Part shown: piece by piece, positions 19,345-31,228 of the stretch | Layout of the letters: each line of letters begins with the position of its first letter | How positions within the stretch are numbered: the first letter of the stretch is position 1 | DNA from: Trueperaceae bacterium | Lineage (GTDB): Bacteria; Deinococcota; Deinococci; Deinococcales; Trueperaceae | Direction of reading: 5' to 3' | DNA: 64,000 nucleotides | Assembly (NCBI GenBank): GCA_965214405.1 | Contig: OZ243956.1 | Span: forward strand, 3,296,001-3,360,000 | Program-made: the position numbers and the translations under genes | Notes under the pieces: generated by a model | The model's input: only the letters and a program-made list of their open reading frames with translations | What the model was told of the DNA's origin: nothing | Databases searched by the model: none

Positions 19345-21162
19345 ATGGCCTCGAGACCGCTCGAGAGGTCTCCTAAGCGCGAGACGATTCCCTTCTACCG
19401 CAACGTCAAAACGATCGGGATTCTCGCGCAAATCGTGTTTGTCGTCATAGTGGGCGTGGTCGTTTACTTTCTCTATCATAACGTCACCACGGCCTTGGCG
19501 CGCTCGAACCTCAGGTCCGACTTCTCTTTTTTGGACCTGCGGGCGGGTATTCCCATTGGCGAATCGCTTCTTCCTTACAATACGTCTGACCCCTACTGGA
19601 AAGCCTATCTCATCGGTTTTCTCAACACGCTCCAGGTGGCGCTCGTCGGGGTGGTGCTGGCCTCGCTCTTGGGCGTGCTGATCGGGGTCATGCGTTTGTC
19701 GACCAATTGGCTTTTGCGTCAGGTCGCCACGGGGTATATCGAGCTCATCCGCAACACACCGCTGGCGGTCCAGATTGTTTTTTGGTACACGGCGGTCATC
19801 ATCACCTTCCCGCCCAACATCGACAACTCGCTCTCGCTGCCCGGCGGCGGTTACCTGAGCAACCGCGGGCTGGCGCTGCCGTGGGTGTATACGACCTACG
19901 ACTTTTCAAGCTGGCTCCCCTGGCTTGGGCTCGCGCTGGTCGTCTTTATCGGGCTCTTCGCGTTTAGGCGCTGGCAGATCGTCCGCTCGGAGCGCCCCGG
20001 CAACGCCTGGCTGTTGCCCTTGGGCGCGGCCTTGCTCGTCGCGGTGGTGAGTTACGTGGTGGTGGCGAACAACTCGAGCCTGCCCGAGGGTATTGCCGCC
20101 GACTTTCTTGCCGACCGGGGCCGCGGCACCGTCTTTATCGACGCGAACGGCGACGGGTCGATGGGCCGCGACGAGCGCTCCGTCTCCGCGGCGGAGGCGA
20201 TTGTGAGCGTGGAGGAGGGGCGGCTCGAGACGACGAGCAGAAACGTGACCGAGTCGCGCCGCCTCGTTAGCAGTTCCTTCCGCTTTCCCTTGCTGCGCGA
20301 GGGCGAGTATGAGGAGGCCGAGGTGCGCTTTGCCGACCCCGAGGCGGCGGCGGGCTTGAGCATCCACTTCACCGACTTCCCGAGCCGCGGCGTCGTGTAT
20401 AGAGACCGCGACGGCAACGGGGAGTACAACCCTGGCGAAGAAATCAACGAGACGACGGGGCAAGGCTTCTCAGGAGTGCGGCTCGACCTCGACGTTCAGG
20501 ACTTCCGGCGGCGGGTGGTGGCCGACCGGGTGGGCGGCATCAACGTGCCGCTTTTTGACCCCATCAGTGATGAGGCGGGTGGAGGCGCGGGGGGTGCGGC
20601 CCCCAGCGGCGGCAATCCTAACCGCTTGTTTACGCCCTCGAGGGGAAGCGGGACCGCGGAACTCAGCGCCGAGGTAACCCTCATCCCGACGGGGCCGCTG
20701 GTGGTGAGTTACCCGAGCGTCCCCACCAGCCTCTACATGGGCGGCGTCTCGCTGACTACGAGCTTTTTGGCGCTCCTCTTGGCGCTCGTGATTTACACGG
20801 CCTCTTTTATCGCCGAAATCGTTCGGGCGGGCATCCAGGCGGTGCCCAAAGGCCAAACGGAGGCGGCCAAGGCGGTGGGCTTAAGCGGTTACCAAACCTT
20901 TAACCTCATCGTCTTCCCGCAGGCGCTCCGCATCATCCTGCCGCCCATGATCTCGCAGTACCTCAACCTCACCAAAAATTCCTCACTTGCACCGCTCATT
21001 GGCTACGTCGAACTCTTCGCCATCAGCGGCATCATCGCCAACCAAACGGGCGCGAGCGTGCCCGTGATCCTCATGCTCATCGTGTCCTACCTCGTCATCT
21101 CATTCACTTTCGCCTTCGTCCTCAACATCGTCAACGCGCGCTTGACGCTGGCAGAGCGTTAA
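19345..21162 (+). CDS. aapQ: Amino acid ABC permease AapQ with large insertion
   Basis: RLSTNW, YIELIRNTPL, AEIVRAGIQAVPKGQTEAA, NLTKNSSLA. Confidence 0.9.
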   Translation: MASRPLERSPKRETIPFYRNVKTIGILAQIVFVVIVGVVVYFLYHNVTTALARSNLRSDFSFLDLRAGIPIGESLLPYNTSDPYWKAYLIGFLNTLQVALVGVVLASLLGVLIGVMRLSTNWLLRQVATGYIELIRNTPLAVQIVFWYTAVIITFPPNIDNSLSLPGGGYLSNRGLALPWVYTTYDFSSWLPWLGLALVVFIGLFAFRRWQIVRSERPGNAWLLPLGAALLVAVVSYVVVANNSSLPEGIAADFLADRGRGTVFIDANGDGSMGRDERSVSAAEAIVSVEEGRLETTSRNVTESRRLVSSSFRFPLLREGEYEEAEVRFADPEAAAGLSIHFTDFPSRGVVYRDRDGNGEYNPGEEINETTGQGFSGVRLDLDVQDFRRRVVADRVGGINVPLFDPISDEAGGGAGGAAPSGGNPNRLFTPSRGSGTAELSAEVTLIPTGPLVVSYPSVPTSLYMGGVSLTTSFLALLLALVIYTASFIAEIVRAGIQAVPKGQTEAAKAVGLSGYQTFNLIVFPQALRIILPPMISQYLNLTKNSSLAPLIGYVELFAISGIIANQTGASVPVILMLIVSYLVISFTFAFVLNIVNARLTLAER

Positions 21163-21163
21163 G

Positions 21164-22390
21164 GTGGCGGTGGCGCGCAAGCCCCCTGTCAGGACCACGG
21201 GCGCGGTCGGCTGGCTCCGGGAGAATCTGTTTTCGTCTCCTCTAAACTCGATTATTACCGTTGTCGTCGGTGCGCTTCTAGTCTGGGTGGGGGTAAATCT
21301 CGTGCTCTGGATGTTTACCAGGGAAGAACAGTGGGTCATTCTCTGGCGAAACCTCAAGCTTCTGGCTGTGTACCGCTATCCCACCGACCTCCTCTGGCGG
21401 CCACTCTCGGTGGTGGCGCTCGTGATGGCGCTCCTCGGCTCCTCGGCGGGCGTCGCCAGGCGCAGCGACGGGGGCGAGATCATTGCGGGCGTGTTCTGGT
21501 GGTTTGCGGGACTCGTGTTTTTCCTCACCGCCGTAGCGCTTTTCTCCTGGGAGTCGGTGCGCCTGCTCTGGCTCGGGGTGAGCGTGGCGGCGCTCGCGGG
21601 CTACGCGGTGGGCTACGCCGCGCCGCGCACCGCGCGCGCGCTGCCCTGGCTCTGGGGCGCTTCGCTGCCCGTGGCCGCGATCCTCCTTTACGGCGTCGCG
21701 CCGGAAGGCGGCTTGGAAGTTGTGAGTCCGAGGGAATGGGGCGGCTTTATGCTTACCCTCATTCTGGCGGCGGTGGGCATCGTGGTGAGTTTTCCGCTGG
21801 GCATCCTCCTCGCGCTGGGCCGCCGCAGCAACCTGCCCGCCATCAAGGGCTTCTGCATCGCCTTTATCGAAATCGTCCGCGGCGCGCCGCTCATCTCCTG
21901 GCTCTTTATCGCCTCGCTGATGGTGCCACTCCTGCTCGGTCTGGACAGCCCCGACAGCATCCCGGCCTTGACGCGGGCGCTCGTCGCCATCACCCTTTTT
22001 TCGTCGGCCTATATGGCCGAAAACGTCCGGGGTGGGCTCCAGGCGGTGCCCAAGGGGCAAACCGAGGCGGCGCGGGCGCTGGGGCTCTCGAGCTGGCAGA
22101 CCACCCGTAAAATCGTTCTCCCGCAGGCGCTCCGCGCGGTGATTCCCGCCATCGTGGGGCAGGCCATCGGGCTTTTCAAGGACACGTCGCTCGTCTTTAT
22201 CGTGGGGCTTTTGGACTTTTTCGAAATCGGTCGCCGCATCATTCCGGCGACTCCGGAGGCTACGCAGGTGTCAGGTGGGGTGGTGCTCGAGCTCTTCTTG
22301 TTCATGGCCGTCGTCTACTGGTTTTTTGCCTATAGGATGAGCGTGGCGAGCAGGCAGTTGGAGCGCAAGCTCGGGGTGGGAACGCGGTGA
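21164..22390 (+). CDS. aapM: Amino acid ABC permease AapM
   Basis: WLRENLFSS, WGGFMLTL, LALGRRS, AENVRGGLQAVPKGQ, FKDTSLV. Confidence 0.92.
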   Translation: MAVARKPPVRTTGAVGWLRENLFSSPLNSIITVVVGALLVWVGVNLVLWMFTREEQWVILWRNLKLLAVYRYPTDLLWRPLSVVALVMALLGSSAGVARRSDGGEIIAGVFWWFAGLVFFLTAVALFSWESVRLLWLGVSVAALAGYAVGYAAPRTARALPWLWGASLPVAAILLYGVAPEGGLEVVSPREWGGFMLTLILAAVGIVVSFPLGILLALGRRSNLPAIKGFCIAFIEIVRGAPLISWLFIASLMVPLLLGLDSPDSIPALTRALVAITLFSSAYMAENVRGGLQAVPKGQTEAARALGLSSWQTTRKIVLPQALRAVIPAIVGQAIGLFKDTSLVFIVGLLDFFEIGRRIIPATPEATQVSGGVVLELFLFMAVVYWFFAYRMSVASRQLERKLGVGTR

Positions 22391-22483
22391 TTGATTCTCC
22401 GGCTCTCTTGACAAGAGGATTGAGGCTTTGAGGAGCAGACGACAAACGGAAAGTTTTTATAGGATGGCAGAAAGGACAAACCT

Positions 22484-23266
22484 GTGACGACAACCGTAAC
22501 CAAAAGTACCGTCCGCGCGGATGCGCCCGAGGGGGGCGCGCGCATTATCGAGATTGACGGTTTGAACAAGTGGTATGGCGACTTTCACGTGCTAAAAGAC
22601 ATCAATTTGTCGGTCAACAAGGGCGAGGTGGTGGTGGTGATTGGGCCGTCGGGCTCGGGTAAATCCACCCTGATTCGCTGTGTGAACAGGCTCGAGGAGC
22701 ACCAAGAAGGCCGCATCACCGTAGACGGCGTGGAACTCACCGACGACGTGAAAAAAATCGACCAGATCCGCCGCGAGACGGGGATGGTTTTTCAGTCGTT
22801 TAATCTCTTCCCGCACTTGACCGTCATGGAAAACATCACGCTGGCTCCCATCCGCGTCCGTAAGTGGAAAAAGTCTAAGGCCGAGGAACGCGCGATGTAC
22901 TTTTTGGGCAAAGTCGGTATCCCCGAGCAGGCGCAGAAGTACCCCGGTCAGCTCTCGGGCGGTCAGCAGCAGCGCGTCGCCATTGCGAGGGCCTTGACGA
23001 TGGAGCCCAAGGTGATGCTCTTTGACGAGCCCACCTCCGCCCTGGACCCCGAGGTGATTGGGGAGGTGCTGGACGTGATGGTCAACCTCGCCAAGGAGGG
23101 CATGACCATGTGCGTGGTCACGCATGAGATGGGCTTTGCGAGGGAGGTGGGCGACCGGGTTGTGTTTATGGACAAGGGCGAGATTGTCGAAGTCGGCAGC
23201 CCCGAGCACTTTTTTGAAAATCCGCGCGAGGAGCGGACGCGGTCGTTTTTGTCGAAGATTTTGTAG
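22484..23266 (+). CDS. aapP: Amino acid ABC ATPase
   Basis: [35 protein letters not shown]. Confidence 0.93.
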   Translation: MTTTVTKSTVRADAPEGGARIIEIDGLNKWYGDFHVLKDINLSVNKGEVVVVIGPSGSGKSTLIRCVNRLEEHQEGRITVDGVELTDDVKKIDQIRRETGMVFQSFNLFPHLTVMENITLAPIRVRKWKKSKAEERAMYFLGKVGIPEQAQKYPGQLSGGQQQRVAIARALTMEPKVMLFDEPTSALDPEVIGEVLDVMVNLAKEGMTMCVVTHEMGFAREVGDRVVFMDKGEIVEVGSPEHFFENPREERTRSFLSKIL

Positions 23267-23382
23267 CGGAAGTGTCAAAGGTTCGGGCGCTTTAGCGGGC
23301 CTACCTGATGTGCTCTAGTTCTCTTCGGACAAAAGAGAACTTTAGGACGTTTTTGCCCGTTTCCGGGTTTATCAAAAAAGAG

Positions 23383-23408
23383 AAAAACCCCGTGAGTTAC
23401 GGGGTTTT
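23383..23408. terminator. Bidirectional terminator-like hairpin between aapP and tRNA
   Basis: AAAAACCCCGT-gagtt-ACGGGGTTTT. Confidence 0.6.
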
Positions 23409-23494
23409 GGTGCCGAAGAGGGGACTTGAACCCCTACAGCCGCAAGGCCACACGACCCTGAATCGTGCGCGTCTACCGATTCCGCCACTTCGGC
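23408..23494 (-). tRNA. tRNA-Leu(CAG)
   Basis: Reverse strand GCCGAAGTGGCGGAATCGGTAGACGCG CACGA TTCAGGG TCGTG, long variable arm, GGTTCAAGTCC, CCA end. Confidence 0.97.
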
Positions 23495-23682
23495 CTACTC
23501 TTAAACTTCATACCGTCACATTTTATCACGGCGTGGCGTTGGGCCACATCCGGGAAAATAGTCTAACACACCCACGCGCGCGAAAGACAAGCCCTTTTTA
23601 CTTCAAGCTTTTCGTGGGTAAAGCCTCACTATGCTAAGGCTCGAGCCCCCGCCCAAACATCTCTTCGGTCTCGCTACGATTT

Positions 23683-25374
23683 TCAGATTCCCTCAAGTTC
23701 CGACGCCACAAACGCCGCGAGCTCCCCCACCGTCTCCCGGTCAAAGGCAAAGGTTGCCCCCGCCGCCTCGAAGAGTTCCGGCAGAGACCGACTGCCGCCG
23801 AGAGAGAGGGCTGAGCGGTAATTTCTAAGCGCCTCCTCTTTGTTCGTAAGCGAATTCCGCCACACCTGAAGCGCGCCGAGGTAGGCGAGCGCGTACTCGA
23901 GCATGTAAAAAGGAACAAAGAACATGTGAATAACCTGCCACCCTTCTTGGTGCGCTCCGCTAAGCCCGGCCCAGTTCACACCGAGAGAAAAACGTTCGCC
24001 CAGCTCCACCCATTTCGCGTCCAGCGCCTCAACTGTCACACCCTCCGGCGCGTCCGCGTAGAGCCAGCGCTGAAAGGCGTCGGCGTGCGCCGTGCCGCAA
24101 AGGAGCCGCAAAACTCGCTCCAACTGCTCTTCTCGAGCCCGCGCGGCCTCCTCTCGCGTGTAAAAGCCGCCCTGCGCCTCTTCCAGATACGGCAGCGCGA
24201 GAAGTTCCATCGCCTGCGAGGCGAGTTCAGCGAACTCCGCGCCCGTCTCGCGGTTCCACACGAGGTCGTGCGCCGCGCTCGCCGCGAGGGCGTGAAAGCT
24301 GTGCCCCGCCTCGTGGAGCATGACCCACACGTCGGCGTGGGTGCCGACGGCGCTGTGGTAGATGTAAGCGCGCTCTGACTTGGGAAAGGGCAAGCTGTAC
24401 CCGAAGCCCGGCACCTTGCCCGCGCGCGGCTCTAGGTCGAGCCAGCCCTCGCGCATAGCCTCAAACTGCGCGCCTAAAGCCGGGTCGAGGTTTGAAAAAA
24501 TGCGAGTTAAGCCCTGCTCGAGTTCCTCCACCGTCTCAAAAGGTTTTAGAGGAGGCCGCCCTTTGCTGTCCACCTGAAAATCCCACGGGCGCAGCGCCTC
24601 CACCCCCAACGCCCGCCGCCGTTTCTCCCGCTGCTCTTTTAAGAGAGGCACAACCGTCTCCTCGATGGTTTCATGAAACGTTAGCGCGTCCTCTGGCGTG
24701 TAGTCGAAGCGGTCCAGCGCGCGCCATTGGTAGGCGCGGAAGTCGGGCAGGCCCACGTTTTTCGCCACCTGACGGCGCATAGCAAGAAGCTTTAGGAAGA
24801 GGTCGTCCAACGCGGGTGACACTTCCGCCTTCGCTGCCTCAATGGCTCGCCAAGCCCGCTCACGCGCGGCTCGGTCGATCTCCCAAAGCCGCTTCTCAGC
24901 CTGGGGAACCGTCAACGTTTCTCCGTCAAGTGTTACGGTGAGTGCGCCCCTAAGCTTGTTGAACTCGTTGCTTAGCGCCTGAATTTCGCTCAGCAGGTGG
25001 GCGTTTGTCTCGCTAAAAAGGTCCGCTTGGTTGCGGAGGCGGCGGACGAATTCGGTATGTTCAGGTGCGGGTGTGTAGCCTTCAAGCCCCAACAGCCTCT
25101 CCGACAACCTCTGCGACGCCGTCTCACTGTTTGGCAGCACCTCACGCACAAACGCCCCGTACGCCGCCTCCGCTCCCTCGTCCGCGGTGTTCGCGTCCTT
25201 GGCGCGCATGAGCCAGGCGTGCGCCTCGCCCACGTCCTTGGCGAGGTCGCTCCAAGACTTGAGCCAATCGGGCACGGTGTCGGCGCTCAAGGGCTGGATT
25301 TGGAGGGCGCGGAAGCGGGGCTCTAAATCTTCCCAAGAAAGCTGCGCGTCGGGGTGAGGCGGGGTGTAGGCCAT
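23683..25374 (-). CDS. M3-family oligoendopeptidase (PepF-like)
   Basis: LRPWD, HEAGH, AELASQAME, PFYMLEYALA. Confidence 0.9.
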   Translation of the reverse strand: MAYTPPHPDAQLSWEDLEPRFRALQIQPLSADTVPDWLKSWSDLAKDVGEAHAWLMRAKDANTADEGAEAAYGAFVREVLPNSETASQRLSERLLGLEGYTPAPEHTEFVRRLRNQADLFSETNAHLLSEIQALSNEFNKLRGALTVTLDGETLTVPQAEKRLWEIDRAARERAWRAIEAAKAEVSPALDDLFLKLLAMRRQVAKNVGLPDFRAYQWRALDRFDYTPEDALTFHETIEETVVPLLKEQREKRRRALGVEALRPWDFQVDSKGRPPLKPFETVEELEQGLTRIFSNLDPALGAQFEAMREGWLDLEPRAGKVPGFGYSLPFPKSERAYIYHSAVGTHADVWVMLHEAGHSFHALAASAAHDLVWNRETGAEFAELASQAMELLALPYLEEAQGGFYTREEAARAREEQLERVLRLLCGTAHADAFQRWLYADAPEGVTVEALDAKWVELGERFSLGVNWAGLSGAHQEGWQVIHMFFVPFYMLEYALAYLGALQVWRNSLTNKEEALRNYRSALSLGGSRSLPELFEAAGATFAFDRETVGELAAFVASELEGI

Positions 25375-25404
25375 GCTAGATTCTCCCTCGAGGTTGTGTA
25401 GCCT

Positions 25405-26254
<850 letters not shown>

Positions 26255-26268
<14 letters not shown>

Positions 26269-27316
26269 TTAGCACCTCCCCCGCGGGCTGCTGCTGCGTC
26301 ACGCAGTGGAACGCGCCGCCGCCGGTAATAAGGTTCTGGGCCGATAAACCGATGACCTCACGGTTGGGGAAGAGGGGGCGGAGGATGGAGAGCGCCCGCT
26401 CGTCGTTCGCGTCGTCGTAAACGGGCACCACCACGAAGCCGTTGCCGATGTAAAAGTTCGCGTAGGTGAGCGGCAGGCGTTTGCCGTTGAGCTCCATGCG
26501 TTTTTGGGGGAGAGGCAAATCCACAATGTTATAAGGCTCGCCGTCCTGATTTCTCAAAAGCGTGAGCAGCGTGTGATTGTCCTTCATCGTCTTGAAGTTG
26601 GGGTCGTTCTCGTCCTCTTCAACGGAACATACAATAGTCTTGTCGTCCGCAAAGCGCACGATGGTGTCGATGTGGCCGTCCGTGTGGTCGTCTTCGAGGC
26701 CGCCCTCGAGCCAAATCACGTGTTTGGCACCCAGATAAGTGTGGAGGAGATGCGCGAGTTCACCTTCGCTCAAGTCCGGGTTGCGCATCTGCGACAGCAG
26801 GCACGAGCGCGTGGTGAGCAGCGTGCCGCGGCTGTTCATTTCCAGCGCGCCCCCCTCCATCACCACGGGCACGTCAAAGCGCTTCATGCCCAAAATCTCG
26901 GCAACACGTTCGGGCGCGCGGTTGTCATCGTCCCACGGCTCGTACTTCTCGCCCCAAGCGTTAAAAACCCAGTCGGTGAGCGCCACTTTGCCTTTGTTGT
27001 TGCGGATGAAGAGCGGCCCGTTGTCGCGGAACCACACGTCGTTCAAGGGGATGCGGTGAAAGTGAACATTGTCAACCCCCTTCAAACGGCGGCGCGCGTC
27101 CGCCCCGGTCTCCTCGTCCCGTACACTAAGGTGGACGGGTTCAAAGCGCGCGATGGTCGAAACAAGTTCTGCAAATTCACTGCGGACGCCCTCCAGGTAG
27201 CCTTCCCAGAGCGCGTCGTCAAAAGGCCAGCTCGTCCAGGTAGCGGCGTGCGCCTCCCATTCGGCGGGCATTGTGAAACCCTGTGTGACGGGGCCGCTGT
27301 CGTGTTGGTTGTTCAT
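26255..27316 (-). CDS. aguA: Agmatine deiminase
   Basis: MPAEWE, WFRDNGP, EGG, DHTDGHID, YANFY, GGAFHCVTQQ. Confidence 0.93.
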
Positions 27317-27415
27317 GGTCGTCCTCTCATCGAAAGCCAAGGATAGCCCGGATGGCGTATGGGAGGCGGGAGCCAGAGGACAGTTTTTCGAGAAACCGTT
27401 ATAGTGAGGGCTGAT

Positions 27416-28183
27416 ATGAAAGATTCAGAAAGGCGGGTGGCGTTGGTGACGGGGGGCTCGAGCGGCATCGGGCGCGCCTGCGCGGAGACACTCTCCAGGG
27501 ACGGAATACGAGTTGCTGTAGTGGACATCAACCCGGAGGGGGGGCGGGAGGTCGCCGCCGACCTTGACGGGCTTTTTGTTTCGGCCAATTTGAGCGCTCG
27601 AGCAGACTGTAAAAAGGCGGTGGAGGAGACCGTCACGCACTACGGCAGGCTCGACATCCTGGTCAACAACGCGGGTTTTCAGCACTTGGACCCGCTGCCT
27701 GACTTTCCCGAAGACACCTGGGACGACATGATGGCTTTAATGCTCACCGCGCCCTTTTTGCTCACCAAGTACGCGTGGCCTTACCTTATAATGTCGGGAG
27801 AAGGCCGCATCATCAACATCGGCTCCGCGCACTCCCTCACCGCGAGCCCCTACAAGGTGGGGTATGTGACGGCCAAACACGGGCTGTTGGGGCTCATGCG
27901 AGTGGCGGCCCTGGAGGGGGGCGAGTTTGGTCTCACCTGTAATACGGTCTGTCCGGCTTACGTGCGCACGCCGCTCGTTGAAAAGCAGATTGCCGACCAG
28001 GCCCGGACGCGGGGCATCCGGCCTGAAGAGGTGGAAAGAAAAGTGCTGCTCGAGCACACCGCCATCAAACGCCTCCTAGAACCCGAGGACGTGGGGCGTT
28101 ATGTGGCTTTTCTGGCTTCCGAAGCCGCTTGGGGTATTACCGGCTCGGTGCAGACGATGGATTTGGGGTGGACGGCAAGGTGA
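27416..28183 (+). CDS. 3-hydroxybutyrate dehydrogenase (SDR)
   Basis: [36 protein letters not shown]. Confidence 0.88.
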   Translation: MKDSERRVALVTGGSSGIGRACAETLSRDGIRVAVVDINPEGGREVAADLDGLFVSANLSARADCKKAVEETVTHYGRLDILVNNAGFQHLDPLPDFPEDTWDDMMALMLTAPFLLTKYAWPYLIMSGEGRIINIGSAHSLTASPYKVGYVTAKHGLLGLMRVAALEGGEFGLTCNTVCPAYVRTPLVEKQIADQARTRGIRPEEVERKVLLEHTAIKRLLEPEDVGRYVAFLASEAAWGITGSVQTMDLGWTAR

Positions 28184-28184
28184 G

Positions 28185-28520
28185 TCAGAGGGGGAGCACC
28201 TTGCGCAGATTGACCCTTACGGCTTCCTCGTCCTCCGCGGAGAGGCGTCCTACCGTATCTTGGATGAGCCTATGGTCGAGCGTGAAGAGTTTGAGTCGCA
28301 CAACTGAAGGGGCAGGCAGTCCAGCCTTTTGTAAATCTTGAACCGGGATATCGAGCGGCCACGGTGCGTTTTTTTGGCTCGTAATCATTGCCATCACGCT
28401 TTGCTGAAGGGCATTGTTAAAGGTAAGCGTGCTCAAAATGAGGGCCGGGCGACGTTTTGAAACGTTTACGTCGGTAAATGGGAAAGGCACAACCACCACC
28501 TCAAATGCGTTATAGGTCAT
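28185..28520 (-). CDS. PemK/MazF-family toxin
   Basis: VVVVPFPFTD...KRRPALIL, MITS, AGLPAPSVVR. Confidence 0.88.
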   Translation of the reverse strand: MTYNAFEVVVVPFPFTDVNVSKRRPALILSTLTFNNALQQSVMAMITSQKNAPWPLDIPVQDLQKAGLPAPSVVRLKLFTLDHRLIQDTVGRLSAEDEEAVRVNLRKVLPL

Positions 28521-28755
28521 GGTAGGCGTCTTCGTCGTGCTCGCTACTCCATTCACTCAGCGTCGCCTCTAAGCTTCGCAGATACTCGAGGTCGAGCGGG
28601 GCCACCTTGCGCAACACAACCTCGCCATCTTTAACGTCAAACGCAACAGTGTCGCCTGCTTTGAGTCCCAGCTTGTCGCGGATGAGCGTAGGAATGGTGG
28701 CCTGAAATTTGCTTGTGAGCCGCGAGGTTGGTAGAACACGCTTAAACTTTATCAC
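28510..28755 (-). CDS. AbrB/MazE-family antitoxin
   Basis: SRLTSKFQATIP..IR..LGL..GD, C-terminal LSEW.S..DE.AY.DL. Confidence 0.88.
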   Translation of the reverse strand: MIKFKRVLPTSRLTSKFQATIPTLIRDKLGLKAGDTVAFDVKDGEVVLRKVAPLDLEYLRSLEATLSEWSSEHDEDAYHDL

Positions 28756-28757
28756 AA

Positions 28758-28772
28758 GTAATACAGTATTAC
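28758..28772. promoter_or_regulatory. Palindromic TA operator overlapping the -10 box
   Basis: GTAATAC-A-GTATTAC immediately before the antitoxin GTG. Confidence 0.65.
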
Positions 28773-29089
28773 CTTTCGATCAAAAGTTCAAGTTAAAGCT
28801 TGAAGTTGAATCCCCTTACCCAAGCTTTCACGGCTTTTTGTTATGCTTGTTGAGGCGCGTAACTGCGCCCGCTGCCGGGAGAGGTGCTCGAGACCTTTGA
28901 GCGTCAAGGCGTTGCCCAAACGGCCCCCCGCAGCGAAACCTGAAACGGTAGGTAAAACAATGGGAGAAGGTCCATGTCCAAACACAAAATATAAGGCGTA
29001 GAAACTCATCCGCGTATCAAGGGGTGGGCTTGGGTGAAAGCTCGAGCCGCACATCCCTCTAACCATCTTGCATTTAATAAGGACCCGTT

Positions 29090-30460
29090 ATGACTTCTAC
29101 GCCCGCCTCAACCACTCCCTTAACCACTGTAGACGACGCCATCGAGCGCATCGGCTTAGGCCGCTTTCAGTGGCGGCTTCTGGGCATCAACGGCCTTGTC
29201 TGGGCCGCCGACGCGATGGAAGTGCTTATTATCGGCTTCGCTATTCCCTCCTTGATGCTCACCTTTGACCTCACGCGCCCGCAGGCGGGCCTGATTGGCT
29301 CGATTTTTTTTGCAGGGATGTTCGTGGGCGCTTGGGGCTTCGGCGCGCTTGCCGACCGCTGGGGGCGCAGGCGCATCTTCTTAATCACGGTCTTGCTCGA
29401 CGCGGTGTTCGGCCTCTTGTCGGCCCTGTCGCCGAGTTTTGCCGTGCTCCTCGTGTTTCGCTTTCTCACCGGGCTGGCGGTGGGAGGTACGCTACCGGTG
29501 GATTACGCGATGATGGCGGAGTTTTTGCCTAAAAGGGTGCGGGGGCGCTTTCTGGTGTATCTGGAGTCCTTTTGGGCCTTGGGGACCATCCTGATTGCGC
29601 TGCTCGCCTGGCTGGTGGTGCCGAGTCTGCCCGACACGGGCTGGAGATGGCTCTTTGCGATTTCGGCCCTGCCGGGGCTTCTGGGTTTCGTGCTGCGCCT
29701 CTGGGTGCCCGAGTCGCCGCGCTACTCGCTGCTCGAGGGCCGCACCGAAGAAGCCGCCGAGACGTTGCGCCAGGTAGCGCGCATCAACGGCAAAGAGAAC
29801 GAGGTTGAGATTGGGCGGCTCGAGCCCGTCCGCCGCTCCGCCACCCCGCCCACCGCCGCGCTCTTTGGCGGCAAGCTGGCGCGGCGCACGCTGCTCTTGT
29901 CCGCGGTGTGGTTTTTTCTCTCTCTCGGCTACTACGGCGTGTTTGTATGGTTGCCGGGGATTTTCGTGACGCAGGGCTTCGGCTTTGTGCGGGGCTACGA
30001 CTATCTGGTGCTCTTGGCGCTCGCGCAGGTGCCGGGGTACATGTTGGCGGCGTTTCTGCTCGAGCGCATAGGCCGCCGCGCCACGCTCGCCCTGTTTTTG
30101 TTCGCCTCAGCGATTGCCTGCATGATGTTCGCGCTCGCCACCACGCCGACGCTGATTACGGTCGGCAGTATGCTGCTTAGCTTCTCGCTCTTGGGGGCTT
30201 GGGGCGCGCTCTACGCCTATACGCCCGAGGTCTACCCGACCGAGGTGCGCGCCACGGGGATGGGTTGGACGGGGGCGATGGCGCGGGCGGCGGGCATCTT
30301 GGCCCCGACTTTGGGCGGTTATTTGCTCGGCATCTCGTTGCCCCTGGCGCTGCTTATCTACGCGGCAAGCTTGCTCATCGCGGGCGCGGCAAGCTTGCTT
30401 ATGCGTGAGGACCCCAAGGGGCGGGCGCTCAGTGACAATCTTGCGGAGGCTCAGGCCTGA
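29090..30460 (+). CDS. MFS transporter (SV2/NiaP-like)
   Basis: GLGRFQW, ADAME, LADRWGRR, PESPRY, YTPEVYPT.VRATG. Confidence 0.9.
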   Translation: MTSTPASTTPLTTVDDAIERIGLGRFQWRLLGINGLVWAADAMEVLIIGFAIPSLMLTFDLTRPQAGLIGSIFFAGMFVGAWGFGALADRWGRRRIFLITVLLDAVFGLLSALSPSFAVLLVFRFLTGLAVGGTLPVDYAMMAEFLPKRVRGRFLVYLESFWALGTILIALLAWLVVPSLPDTGWRWLFAISALPGLLGFVLRLWVPESPRYSLLEGRTEEAAETLRQVARINGKENEVEIGRLEPVRRSATPPTAALFGGKLARRTLLLSAVWFFLSLGYYGVFVWLPGIFVTQGFGFVRGYDYLVLLALAQVPGYMLAAFLLERIGRRATLALFLFASAIACMMFALATTPTLITVGSMLLSFSLLGAWGALYAYTPEVYPTEVRATGMGWTGAMARAAGILAPTLGGYLLGISLPLALLIYAASLLIAGAASLLMREDPKGRALSDNLAEAQA

Positions 30461-30702
30461 TGCAGGAGCAGATTTGACTTTTCCGATACGTAGCGGATTT
30501 GGCACCTCACGGAGTCGGCGAAGCCCAACGCTTCCTCAGCCAGGGGTAACGATTCTTTGACGAGCGCCTCATCCGCGACCTCACGAAGTTGGGTGAGTTC
30601 AAATCCGAAGGCGGGTCCCAGACCTTTTCGTTGCGCCGTCTCCTCAACGGTCGTCAGCGCGTGCTCGAGTTCAAATTTTAGAGAGGGCGGCAACTTTTTC
30701 AT
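30451..30702 (-). CDS. Hypothetical protein (83 aa)
   Basis: TACACT 6 nt before ATG 30702; helical ORF. Confidence 0.55.
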   Translation of the reverse strand: MKKLPPSLKFELEHALTTVEETAQRKGLGPAFGFELTQLREVADEALVKESLPLAEEALGFADSVRCQIRYVSEKSNLLLHQA

Positions 30703-30781
30703 GCACCCAGTGTAGGCATTTATCACCCTCTAGGCGGTGCAGGGGTCACGAGAGGGCTTCATCAAACGTTTGCTTAGAGCA

Positions 30782-31228
30782 CTACTGTGCCAGCGGCAGC
30801 ACCTCAATAACGCTCGAGAAGCGGGCAAAGTCGGCGGTGTTGTGGGTTAGCAGCGTGGGGACGTCGTGAACGAGCATGGTGGCGACGATGTTGGCGTCAT
30901 GAACCTGCTTGCCGCCGGAAGGGAATTGCGCAAGCAAGTCGAGGAGTTTCGCCGTTATCAAGGCGCTATCCTCGGCGGTGCGGAAGCGGCTCTCAAAATA
31001 ACGCACGTCCCGAATGAGGTCGCTCATGGAGATGGCGGCTGTTAGGGAGCTCGAGCGGCTCATCACTGCCAGGTACTCACGCAAAACCTGACGGCTTAGC
31101 CACAGCTTTACACCCTGAGCGTCCAGCGCGGTCAATATAGCGACGGCTGGAGGATGAAAAGGCGACTGCGCTAAATTTGCATAGACGAGGATGTTGGTGT
31201 CAACAAAAACGCGTTCAGCGCCCGTCAT
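30782..31228 (-). CDS. PIN-domain (VapC) toxin
   Basis: VFVDTNILVY, QVLREY, GKQVHDANIVATM, LTHN..DF. Confidence 0.9.
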   Translation of the reverse strand: MTGAERVFVDTNILVYANLAQSPFHPPAVAILTALDAQGVKLWLSRQVLREYLAVMSRSSSLTAAISMSDLIRDVRYFESRFRTAEDSALITAKLLDLLAQFPSGGKQVHDANIVATMLVHDVPTLLTHNTADFARFSSVIEVLPLAQ

